Virus record (IMG/VR): IMGVR_UViG_3300042341_000071
Location: 1-30,931 of that record
Direction: 5' to 3' (one strand)
DNA length: 30,931 nucleotides
Source of the DNA: a virus
Lineage: Duplodnaviria > Caudoviricetes
Part shown: piece after piece, positions 7,943 to 15,227 of the stretch
How the letters are laid out: every line of letters begins with the position of its first letter
Position numbering within the stretch: the stretch's first letter is position 1
Program-made: the position numbers and the translations under genes
The notes under the pieces: generated by a model
The model's input: only the letters and a program-made list of their open reading frames with translations
What the model was told of the DNA's origin: nothing
Database searches by the model: none

Positions 7943-8418
7943 AATCCTAATGTAAATTGTTCATACCATACCACAAAATCATCAAATGTTCTCACAATGA
8001 TATACACACCGCCTGCCCTTTCAATGGATGCTTGATATTCCTTTTGAACATCTGACTGTCTGTCTTTTCCATATTTTATCTCGATCTTAACTGACCGCCC
8101 TCTGATTGTTGCAGAAATATCTGCTGTTCCTTTGGTTGACTGTCCGGGTGTCCATTTGCCCGGTAACTGTTTTGTGTGTGCCATGATGCCAGATCCGACC
8201 TGTATCTTTGCTCCTTCCCTGTACTGACCTTGTGAGCTTATTCTCTCAGCTTGACCGCCCATGAACTGTATCCATGCAATGACACATTTTGTCAAGGCAT
8301 TGGCAGAGTTATCTGTCCAATCAGTCTTAGGGATGTATGCCTCTGGCATGTTAGGATACTTCTGTTTCAACTGCTCCATCATAAGAGCATTGAGTTTGTC
8401 TTTGTTAATTCGTTTCAT
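7939..8418 (-). CDS. VRR-NUC-like nuclease / junction resolvase (159 aa from MKRINK)
   Basis: 'GTADI...VKIEIKYGKDRQSDVQKEY...AGGVYIIVR'. Confidence 0.85.
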   Translation of the reverse strand: MKRINKDKLNALMMEQLKQKYPNMPEAYIPKTDWTDNSANALTKCVIAWIQFMGGQAERISSQGQYREGAKIQVGSGIMAHTKQLPGKWTPGQSTKGTADISATIRGRSVKIEIKYGKDRQSDVQKEYQASIERAGGVYIIVRTFDDFVVWYEQFTLGL

Positions 8419-9446
8419 GATATTAAATATAAAATTTGATCTAATTTTGATACTCCTTTTGGCATGTATCCAAACCATTCAGGGTTGCAATTTTCAATAA
8501 TCTTGAGTGTCTCCTTTTCCAAATCTCTAAGTCTATTAATTTCCTCCTCGTATCCTTTAATGATATTAATATAGGATTCATTGAGGGATCTCTGTAACTC
8601 AATCTCAATTCGTAATTTTTCATTACATTCTGATATTCTGTTTTCAAGTAGTTCAATTTCTGTTTGGTCAATATCATCATTTGTAATCTCTTCTCTTTTA
8701 TCTGATTCAAGTTCTGCAATTCTATCGTTAATTGATTTAAGTTTTTCTTTTTGATTTCGTAATTCTGTTGTATAATAATTTTCTGTTTCTCGTAATTTAT
8801 TCTCTCTCTGTCCTCTCTCTCTTGATATTTGATCCCTAATTTCTGCAAGTTTTCCCTCTCCGTTTTGTATTCGTCTTGTAATTTCACTAATTTCTGTAAC
8901 TCCAATGATATTATCTCTTTTAAAGATTTGATTTCCGTTTTCATCAATGTAAATTTTAAATGTTAATATTTGATTTTGTTCTATAAAATCTTGTTTTTTT
9001 TCACTTATATCACTTGTTTTTATTATCTCAATGACACATGGAGTGCCACATGGAAGGTTAGCCAGGACATCTGCTCTGAATTTACTGTCTACAATTCTAA
9101 TTTCTTCCTTTGGATTTATTAAAAATACCTTGTAATCATTGATATTTATATACTGTTTTACAAGTATATCATATTTAAATTGCTTATGCTCAAATGATTC
9201 TGAGTCTTTGTCATGAGAATAGTCATAATCAATACCATTTATCTTAACCACTTGATTTGATAATGTCCTCCAATGATTAATCTGTTTTGACAAATTGCAT
9301 AACAAATTTAATTCAATCTGTAATCCTGGATCTAAATACCATTTTCTGTTGTCAAGTTTTACAGCCTCCTCAATTGAAACAATATTACCAAACTCATCAT
9401 AAGCATAAGGATATTTGTTTGACTTATTAGAATGGAAGGTCCTCAT
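8415..9446 (-). CDS. CoiA-like PD-(D/E)XK nuclease with C-terminal coiled coil (343 aa from MRTFHS)
   Basis: 'ESFEHKQFK', 'RADVL...VIEIIKTS', then long E/K/R/L heptads. Confidence 0.6.
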   Translation of the reverse strand: MRTFHSNKSNKYPYAYDEFGNIVSIEEAVKLDNRKWYLDPGLQIELNLLCNLSKQINHWRTLSNQVVKINGIDYDYSHDKDSESFEHKQFKYDILVKQYININDYKVFLINPKEEIRIVDSKFRADVLANLPCGTPCVIEIIKTSDISEKKQDFIEQNQILTFKIYIDENGNQIFKRDNIIGVTEISEITRRIQNGEGKLAEIRDQISRERGQRENKLRETENYYTTELRNQKEKLKSINDRIAELESDKREEITNDDIDQTEIELLENRISECNEKLRIEIELQRSLNESYINIIKGYEEEINRLRDLEKETLKIIENCNPEWFGYMPKGVSKLDQILYLIS

Positions 9447-11793
9447 CTTTTTTAGTGTTTGGGTTATCAGATTTGATTTCGTAATATCTTTGACCATTAC
9501 TTGATACATTATCAATCTCAATTTTCTTAAATTCAAAGTAAGATCTAAGCCATGAATTAAAATTTCTGTTTGTCAACCATTTTTTGAAATCCTCATACTC
9601 ATTGACAAATGTTTCATACCATTGCTTATAGTTTATCTGTTGACCAGGAGTGAATTTTTTATCATCCATCCAATCAATAAACTCCTTTGATGTTTGATTG
9701 ATAAGTTTTCTAATCTTTAAATTCTTATGCTCATACGATACAAGTCCATGCTCAAGATAATAATGTAAACAGTTAATCATGAAATGGTCAAACCTTGCCC
9801 ACTCATCCTGGTCCCAATCATCAAACAACATACAGTTAAACTCATCCAATGGTGATTTGTGAGCTCCAAAGTAACTTGATAACTCAACTTCAAACATCCT
9901 CCTTGTGAATGATCCTCCCTCTGCTCTGATTGTATAATTAGTAGATATCAATACTTTTGGTGAGTCTTTTACCGGTAACTTTACAGCATCTTTGCCCTTG
10001 TATTCTATTGTAATACCTTCTGTAATAATGCTAAATAACTTCTCAAAATCAAAATTCTTTTTAACATCATCAAATGCTAACACCTGGCAGTCAGTTGATA
10101 CTGTCTGATAAGGGAATGATTTATTAAAATCAAATGTTTTACCATCAATTGTGGATACTTTTTTCATTTGACTTATTGCATTTGTCAATAATCCCTTACC
10201 ACTTCCACCATTAGGATTTTCAGATATTACTTCATCATTCAAAATTATTGCTTTGTTGTTAGCGTTTGTCTTATGTGAGTGCAGTAAATATCCTATGACT
10301 GACTTCATGCTGTTATATCTCTCTGTTTCTTCACCTGAAATCAACCAGATAAAAGTTCTGAACATGCTCTCATGGTGATCTGCAGTCATGAAATCTCTAT
10401 TGATAACTTGATCCTTCCAAATATAAAAGTCAAGCTCATCATAATCGTATATCTCATACTTATCCTTATAAACTTTGACCGCATTATTTTGATAATATAT
10501 CATAGCAAACTCCTTCTCATCCTTTAAAAAGTCAACATGTGCAGTATCAATCATTGATAAGTATGGTGTTGTAAATAGTTTTGTTCTGTTTGCACACAAG
10601 TTGAACACATCAATTTCATTTGAGGCCTCTAAATTTCTAATGACATGGTCCTTTATTTTGTATTCATTGACCTCCTCAAGGAAATTCTCTGCCTTAGAAA
10701 TAAATACAAAAGTTTTATCATTACCAACAGGATAGTATTTGTAATAATTCAATGACTGCAGATACAATTTCATTTTGAATGAGTTGATTTGTAGCTTGCC
10801 ATCTGAACTGTACTCCCAAAACTCATTTATTTTTGTAGTTTCTTTGATGATGTTTATCTCATTGTTCAGCTTTTCAACATCAATATCAGAGAATTGCTGT
10901 TGTATATCCTTCTCTTTTTTGCCACTCATGACCATTACCATGAGTTTCTTTTTACGTGGCTTATCCTCAAAGAATTTACTATTGAATTGAGCAGTGTGTT
11001 TATAAGCTGAGTTAACAATGTTTGTTATTTCAGAAACCGGAAATCCATTCTCTGCATATCTTGAGCAGTAAGTCATAGCAGTTTGTTTGTTTACTCCAAA
11101 ATCATTGAATGATGCTGCCAATTTAAATACTGAATTGTTCCGGTTGTTTCTGTCATAATGTTTTTGAAACCAAATCACCAACTTATTTGCAATAACATCC
11201 TGGTCATTGATAGGGATATTTGTCACATCACCTATCTCAATTGGCTCAAGTTCTGTTATCTGTATCTCAGGTGTATATATTTCAGCATCAACGTTGACAT
11301 ATATCAATGGATCATAAGATTCAAAACAAGCTCTTGAAACATCTTTGCCGGATTGGTCCACATTAGGAAATTTCTCTTGAATTGTTTTGTAGATACTTTT
11401 GAACTCAGTATCATTGGCAACAGGTTGGATTCTGTAAAGTATTTTTACTCCATTGCGAGGTGAAATCCATGCAGAAAAAACATACTTATCTGACTTGATA
11501 TTCTTTTTGAACTCTTTTGCCTCATCCAATGTATTGAAATCATCAAAATCTAACACCATCAAACCGGATGATTTTTTTAATCCACTTTTTGACCTGGTAG
11601 TGAACACCCCATTGAAACAAACAATAGGCAATTGAGCTTTTAAAAACTTCTGCTCATCCTCATCCTCTGTAATTCTAATCTTTTCGACTAAATCTTTTGA
11701 TGCACCATCTTTTATACGGTCCAAAAAATATCCCACATCCTTATTTAATTTGGGTGCAGTGTCAGTTACTTTTTTAAAAAATGATACTTTCAT
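9427..11793 (-). CDS. Primase-helicase (BT4734/VirE-N-like N-terminus, PriCT-like domain, SF3-type P-loop ATPase; 788 aa)
   Basis: 'KAQLP...SGLMVLDFD...WISPRNGVK...D.SGKDVSRACFESYDP', 'RNNSVFKLA', Walker A GGSGKG, 'LAFDD', 'LISTN'. Confidence 0.9.
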   Translation of the reverse strand: MKVSFFKKVTDTAPKLNKDVGYFLDRIKDGASKDLVEKIRITEDEDEQKFLKAQLPIVCFNGVFTTRSKSGLKKSSGLMVLDFDDFNTLDEAKEFKKNIKSDKYVFSAWISPRNGVKILYRIQPVANDTEFKSIYKTIQEKFPNVDQSGKDVSRACFESYDPLIYVNVDAEIYTPEIQITELEPIEIGDVTNIPINDQDVIANKLVIWFQKHYDRNNRNNSVFKLAASFNDFGVNKQTAMTYCSRYAENGFPVSEITNIVNSAYKHTAQFNSKFFEDKPRKKKLMVMVMSGKKEKDIQQQFSDIDVEKLNNEINIIKETTKINEFWEYSSDGKLQINSFKMKLYLQSLNYYKYYPVGNDKTFVFISKAENFLEEVNEYKIKDHVIRNLEASNEIDVFNLCANRTKLFTTPYLSMIDTAHVDFLKDEKEFAMIYYQNNAVKVYKDKYEIYDYDELDFYIWKDQVINRDFMTADHHESMFRTFIWLISGEETERYNSMKSVIGYLLHSHKTNANNKAIILNDEVISENPNGGSGKGLLTNAISQMKKVSTIDGKTFDFNKSFPYQTVSTDCQVLAFDDVKKNFDFEKLFSIITEGITIEYKGKDAVKLPVKDSPKVLISTNYTIRAEGGSFTRRMFEVELSSYFGAHKSPLDEFNCMLFDDWDQDEWARFDHFMINCLHYYLEHGLVSYEHKNLKIRKLINQTSKEFIDWMDDKKFTPGQQINYKQWYETFVNEYEDFKKWLTNRNFNSWLRSYFEFKKIEIDNVSSNGQRYYEIKSDNPNTKKDEDLPF

Positions 11794-11802
11794 AATAGTG
11801 AT

Positions 11803-11856
11803 AAAAAAACCCCTTAACTCCTTTGGGGTCTGACTTCCAAATTCATTAAGAGGTTT
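11803..11856 (-). terminator. Intrinsic-terminator-like hairpin plus U7 inside the primase leader (possible attenuator)
   Basis: ACCTCTTAA/TTAAGGGGT and TTTGG/CCAAA stems followed by a T run that ends 9 nt before the ATG. Confidence 0.65.
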
Positions 11857-11898
11857 AATAACGTCTTTTAGTTCTATTTTGTCAGACCGAACCGTTCA

Positions 11899-11932
11899 CA
11901 AATGTAATAATAATTTTAATATGTACTCCAAA
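11899..11932 (-). promoter_or_regulatory. Bacteroidota-type promoter for the primase (-7 TACATTTG; TTTG 22 bp upstream)
   Basis: caaatgta 11899..11906 and caaa 11929..11932; the spacer is longer than canonical. Confidence 0.6.
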
Positions 11933-12195
11933 TGTTCTAAAATATTTTTATTTGTACTGAGTTTGTACTGATTAAATTCTTTATTATCAATTACTTAAAT
12001 TAAAATAGCACAAAAAAACAAAAAAAATTAGCTTTGAAAAATCACATAAAAATAAAAAAGTAAAAAAATACATACAGTGATAAAAAAAAATAATATAAAA
12101 ATATATACTATATGTAATAGGGTTTCAATTGTACTTTTGTACTAATGTTAAATGCTTGATTGTCAGTATTAATTAAAAATAGGCAGCACAAAAAA
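11920..12195. other. Putative replication origin
   Basis: Largest very AT-rich non-coding stretch, next to the primase; TTTGTRCT repeats in both orientations, two IHF-consensus sites and A-tracts. Confidence 0.65.
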
Positions 12196-12220
12196 ACCCT
12201 CCATGCAGAGCAAAGAGGGT
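12190..12220 (-). terminator. Intrinsic terminator ACCCTC...GAGGGT-TTTTTT after the DnaA-C-like gene
   Basis: 6-bp GC-rich stem followed by a U tract. Confidence 0.65.
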
Positions 12221-12250
12221 CAAACAAATAATTAATCAAAACAGTATGGA

Positions 12251-12619
12251 CTACAAATTTAATTCTTTGTATAGATTATTCTTAATTCTGAACTTAATTT
12301 TTCGTAATTGTTTTAAACAAAAACAGTTCATCACGTCATCAACCAACACATGACCTTCATTGTAATTCTCAAAGATCAACATGAGCTCCTCAATATAATC
12401 AAGGTATATTTTATCCTTAATTGAGATTAGATCATGGTGAGTTTTAAGTCCATGTATCACACTTGCATGATCTCTGTTAAACATTGCCGCTATCTCATAC
12501 AGTGTAAGTCCTTCCTCTCTAAGTAGGTTGTAAAGATAGAAACGTTTGTAAGTGTAGTGTCTATATCTGTGGCGCGCTTTGAGGTCATTATCCTCAATGT
12601 ATTGTATTATGTCAGTCAT
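12251..12619 (-). CDS. DnaA C-terminal (domain IV)-like HTH protein (122 aa)
   Basis: 'GLTLYEIAAMFNRDHASVIHGLK' matches the DnaA domain IV signature. Confidence 0.75.
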   Translation of the reverse strand: MTDIIQYIEDNDLKARHRYRHYTYKRFYLYNLLREEGLTLYEIAAMFNRDHASVIHGLKTHHDLISIKDKIYLDYIEELMLIFENYNEGHVLVDDVMNCFCLKQLRKIKFRIKNNLYKELNL

Positions 12620-12704
12620 TTTTATATTTATTAATCAATCCTATTATAATCATAATTATCCCTGTGCTAAATAGTAGCAGTGCCATTTTTGCTTCCTCTG
12701 CCAT
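12612..12704 (-). CDS. Small single-TM peptide (30 aa, MAEEAKMALLLFSTGIIMIIIGLINKYKND)
   Basis: Translated by hand; tiles between its neighbours. Confidence 0.6.
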   Translation of the reverse strand: MAEEAKMALLLFSTGIIMIIIGLINKYKND

Positions 12705-12705
12705 T

Positions 12706-12918
12706 CTATTCTGATTTATTAATTAAACCTATATCCTTCAAATACTGCTCATGTTTCTCTGGAGTGTCTAATCCATCTGGCATTCCATACTGATCCATTC
12801 CTATTGCTATGCGAATAGCTCCTCTAATGACTGAGTCTGGGTGTATTGAGTTACCATTTTGCAGCATTACCTCTATACTTTCAAGTAGCTGTAGCATTTC
12901 TAAGTTTTGTTTTTTCAT
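12706..12918 (-). CDS. Hypothetical protein (70 aa)
   Basis: ORF tiling. Confidence 0.75.
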   Translation of the reverse strand: MKKQNLEMLQLLESIEVMLQNGNSIHPDSVIRGAIRIAIGMDQYGMPDGLDTPEKHEQYLKDIGLINKSE

Positions 12919-12919
12919 A

Positions 12920-12991
12920 TCAATTAAATTTTAATGTGTATGCCATAGCTTTCCATGCTAAGACTAAACGTGTTGGGTTTGTTATTTGCAT
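12920..12991 (-). CDS. Tiny hypothetical peptide (23 aa, MQITNPTRLVLAWKAMAYTLKFN)
   Basis: Fills the gap with 1-nt spacers on both sides. Confidence 0.5.
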   Translation of the reverse strand: MQITNPTRLVLAWKAMAYTLKFN

Positions 12992-12992
12992 T

Positions 12993-13190
12993 CTATTCTG
13001 ATTTAAAGGTTTCTTTATAGTATTGTCTCCTGTAATTTTCACTACCTTCATAATGTGCATTATTAATATGCTCTTTCTCCATTTCTTTGGCTTGTTGTAA
13101 TAACAATGCTACATCATAAAATAATTGATCGGGAAATTCTGTGTATATTTTATTTATTTCATGTCCTAACCATTCTACTGCTGTTTTCAT
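12993..13190 (-). CDS. Hypothetical protein of the 'MKTAVEWL...YYKETFKSE' type (65 aa)
   Basis: Small-protein pattern I recognise from Bacteroidota phages; ATGA overlap. Confidence 0.8.
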   Translation of the reverse strand: MKTAVEWLGHEINKIYTEFPDQLFYDVALLLQQAKEMEKEHINNAHYEGSENYRRQYYKETFKSE

Positions 13191-13432
13191 GATAATCTCT
13201 TTTGTTCGTTAATACCTTTGAATAGTTCAGAGCTTGACTCAATCATGCCTGTTGCCTTGATGTAATCAACCTCAATCTTTGCACTCTGGATGATAACAGA
13301 TCCAATTGTTGCCACTGCCTGTGCCTTTTCAATTTCTTTATTAAGCTCCTCCATTGTGAGCTCATCATTATCCAATCTCTCTAATGCTGAGAATAAGTGA
13401 TCTCTAAGATCATTGATTTTGTTTCGTGCCAT
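13187..13432 (-). CDS. Conserved phage protein, HNH-associated (81 aa)
   Basis: 'NKINDLRDHLFSALERL...EIEKAQAV' family, usually found after this type of HNH gene. Confidence 0.8.
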   Translation of the reverse strand: MARNKINDLRDHLFSALERLDNDELTMEELNKEIEKAQAVATIGSVIIQSAKIEVDYIKATGMIESSSELFKGINEQKRLS

Positions 13433-14027
13433 TGATTTTCTTTTTAAGTTTACTATTTAATTTAATTACTTCCTGTATCTCAACAGGGAACCTTTGTATG
13501 GTATTCCTATCCATGTTATTACGCATGTCAATCATTTCAAGGTTATTAATATCCCAATGCATTGTGTTGCCATCTTTGAACCTCACAACATGACCAGGAG
13601 GGATTGACCCATTATGTTGCTCCCATACTACTCGATGCATCAACCTCCAATCACTATCTTTAATCTTGATGTATGCATAAGTCCTGCCCTCTTTGTCAGT
13701 TCTAAAATTGATTGTTCCAATAGGCTGTGTATTGTGAGGCTTGCTGCCTTTTTTGAACATAGTAGGCTTGACTCTATCATAGATATGTTCCGGCATCTTG
13801 GCTCCTTTGTTGTGAGGTTTATTACCTTTTGTAAATCTATGCTTTTTTCCAGCCTCAATTAGATTATGTCTGCCAGATGTTTCAGATGCAAGATATTCTT
13901 TTGACTTATGCAATCCCATTCTGTGAGCTTTATTTGCCACAGTGCAGTACTTAAGTCCAAGCTCATTAGCAAGGTCAATGGTTCTCATGTGAGGGAACCG
14001 TTGTCTTATGATATCATCTAAGTTCAT
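13410..14027 (-). CDS. HNH endonuclease (HNH_3-like) with N-terminal HTH and FxKGxxPHN repeats (205 aa)
   Basis: 'HRVVWEQHNGSIPPGHVVRFKDGNTMHWDINNLE'. Confidence 0.88.
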   Translation of the reverse strand: MNLDDIIRQRFPHMRTIDLANELGLKYCTVANKAHRMGLHKSKEYLASETSGRHNLIEAGKKHRFTKGNKPHNKGAKMPEHIYDRVKPTMFKKGSKPHNTQPIGTINFRTDKEGRTYAYIKIKDSDWRLMHRVVWEQHNGSIPPGHVVRFKDGNTMHWDINNLEMIDMRNNMDRNTIQRFPVEIQEVIKLNSKLKKKINGTKQNQ

Positions 14028-14164
14028 ACTTTCTCAATTTTAATTATTAGTTTCTCCCAAAGGTTGCTCATCCTTCGTGCCTCCCATTCTGAGTCTGCTT
14101 GCACAGTCTTTTTTAATATCCTCCAAGCTCCTCCCATGTATCCTCGATAGTGTATTGTCCACAT
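14024..14164 (-). CDS. Hypothetical peptide (46 aa, MWTIHYRGYMGGAWRILKKTVQADSEWEARRMSNLWEKLIIKIEKV)
   Basis: Translated by hand; its stop overlaps the HNH ATG (ATGA). Confidence 0.65.
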   Translation of the reverse strand: MWTIHYRGYMGGAWRILKKTVQADSEWEARRMSNLWEKLIIKIEKV

Positions 14165-14255
14165 TTTTTAATACTCTTAAATATTTATAATATCTGATTT
14201 CATCAAAGCTATCCCAATAGCTTATAATTGCTAAGTTGATTTTAGGCTCTCTCAT
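14040..14255 (-). CDS. Hypothetical protein (71 aa; 3' part overlaps 14024..14164)
   Basis: ATG 1 nt after the upstream stop; the C-terminal part is uncertain. Confidence 0.5.
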   Translation of the reverse strand: MREPKINLAIISYWDSFDEIRYYKYLRVLKNVDNTLSRIHGRSLEDIKKDCASRLRMGGTKDEQPLGETNN

Positions 14256-14256
14256 G

Positions 14257-14355
14257 CTATCCTACTACTCCGATATACATCAACACAAAAGTGATAGCTA
14301 ATAATGCAGCAGAGAACACTAAAACGTCTCTCACAGCCTTTTGATCTTCTGTCAT
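14257..14355 (-). CDS. Small single-TM peptide (32 aa, MTEDQKAVRDVLVFSAALLAITFVLMYIGVVG)
   Basis: Translated by hand; tiles the gap. Confidence 0.65.
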   Translation of the reverse strand: MTEDQKAVRDVLVFSAALLAITFVLMYIGVVG

Positions 14356-14357
14356 GA

Positions 14358-14702
14358 TTAATAAGTTTTAAGGTTTGACAAATAAAGTTCTAATCTTGCA
14401 AGAGCTCTTGACTGAATATTAAGTCTATGCTTATACTTAGGAAGTAACTCATAGAACATACCTCTACTCAAATCTTTTAAAGTATCAGATGTCAATCTAA
14501 TTCGAGTTAACATGCCCTCAATCATCCACTCAACATCCTCAACACGCTCAGTTAATAGTTCATAGTCAAGGTATTTACCCTCACCTCTACACTCATTGCA
14601 AATATCAGACTCACTATGAGATGGATGCTCATAAGAGCTGCTAATTAATACTGAACCTGACCCCCAACAAGTGTCGCATTCTTTGATAAATTTTGTTTTC
14701 AT
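14358..14702 (-). CDS. DnaJ-type CxxCxGxG zinc-finger protein with coiled coil (114 aa)
   Basis: CDTCWGSG and CNECRGEG. Confidence 0.8.
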   Translation of the reverse strand: MKTKFIKECDTCWGSGSVLISSSYEHPSHSESDICNECRGEGKYLDYELLTERVEDVEWMIEGMLTRIRLTSDTLKDLSRGMFYELLPKYKHRLNIQSRALARLELYLSNLKTY

Positions 14703-14753
14703 ACTGTTATGATTTATTTATTATGCGTTAACAGAGCCGCATCCCTCTATTGA

Positions 14754-15017
14754 TTAAAATATTGAATGAATAAATTTCTTTAATTCATAATCCGCAGAAA
14801 CTTTTACAATTTTATTTTTTGTTGTGTGTTTCCAAACTTTTGTTTTTACTCCATTACCTTCTATTAACCAACAATCATTTTCGGATTCACAAGTTGATTC
14901 ACCTACTACAAAAGCCTCAAAACCTTTATTATCTCGGTAAATCATTTTATTAAAATCATTTATCCTTACATTTGGTTTGTAGATTTCGTTTGCTGTATTC
15001 CACTTATTGCTTTTCAT
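14754..15017 (-). CDS. Hypothetical protein, first early gene (87 aa)
   Basis: Directly downstream of the consensus promoter at 15044..15074. Confidence 0.8.
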   Translation of the reverse strand: MKSNKWNTANEIYKPNVRINDFNKMIYRDNKGFEAFVVGESTCESENDCWLIEGNGVKTKVWKHTTKNKIVKVSADYELKKFIHSIF

Positions 15018-15043
15018 ATTGTTTTTGTTAATTATTTATAGAA

Positions 15044-15074
15044 CAAAGTTAGTAAGTTTTTTTATATATGCAAA
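15044..15074 (-). promoter_or_regulatory. Main early promoter, Bacteroidota consensus TTTG-N19-TAACTTTG
   Basis: caaagtta 15044..15051 and caaa 15071..15074. Confidence 0.88.
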
Positions 15075-15083
15075 TAATTAGCG

Positions 15084-15106
15084 TAATTTATAATGATTCT
15101 AAATAA
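15084..15106. promoter_or_regulatory. Imperfect palindrome, Fur-box-like operator (core ATTTATAATGATTCTAAAT)
   Basis: 11-1-11 dyad with 9/11 symmetry, just upstream of the -33 box. Confidence 0.5.
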
Positions 15107-15121
15107 GATTATCAGGTCTGG

Positions 15122-15171
15122 ACGGGATAAAACGGGATAATTTAGACGTACTTTAGACATTATTTAGACAT
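15122..15171 (+). repeat. Helically phased short direct repeats: ACGGGATAA x2 (10-bp period) and TTTAGAC x3 (11-bp period)
   Basis: Copies start at 15122 and 15132; 15141, 15152 and 15163. Confidence 0.85.
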
Positions 15172-15227
15172 AAAAAACCCGCTAAGTGTGGGCGACCGTG
15201 TTTCACAATCCTTTAACCATAGCGGGT
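15172..15227 (-). terminator. Late-operon terminator-like hairpin ACCCGCTA...TAGCGGGT-TTTTT with a large structured loop
   Basis: 8-bp stem 15177..15184 / 15220..15227 plus U tract. Confidence 0.6.

Noticed and set aside
8441-8947. 168-aa alternative-frame ORF inside the CoiA-like gene
   Set aside because: Explained by the A-rich coiled-coil codons; no coupling to neighbours and no recognisable motif.
15075-15171. attP or dif site with arm-type repeats
   Set aside because: No integrase or recombinase gene is present, and the palindrome does not match the XerC/XerD dif arms.
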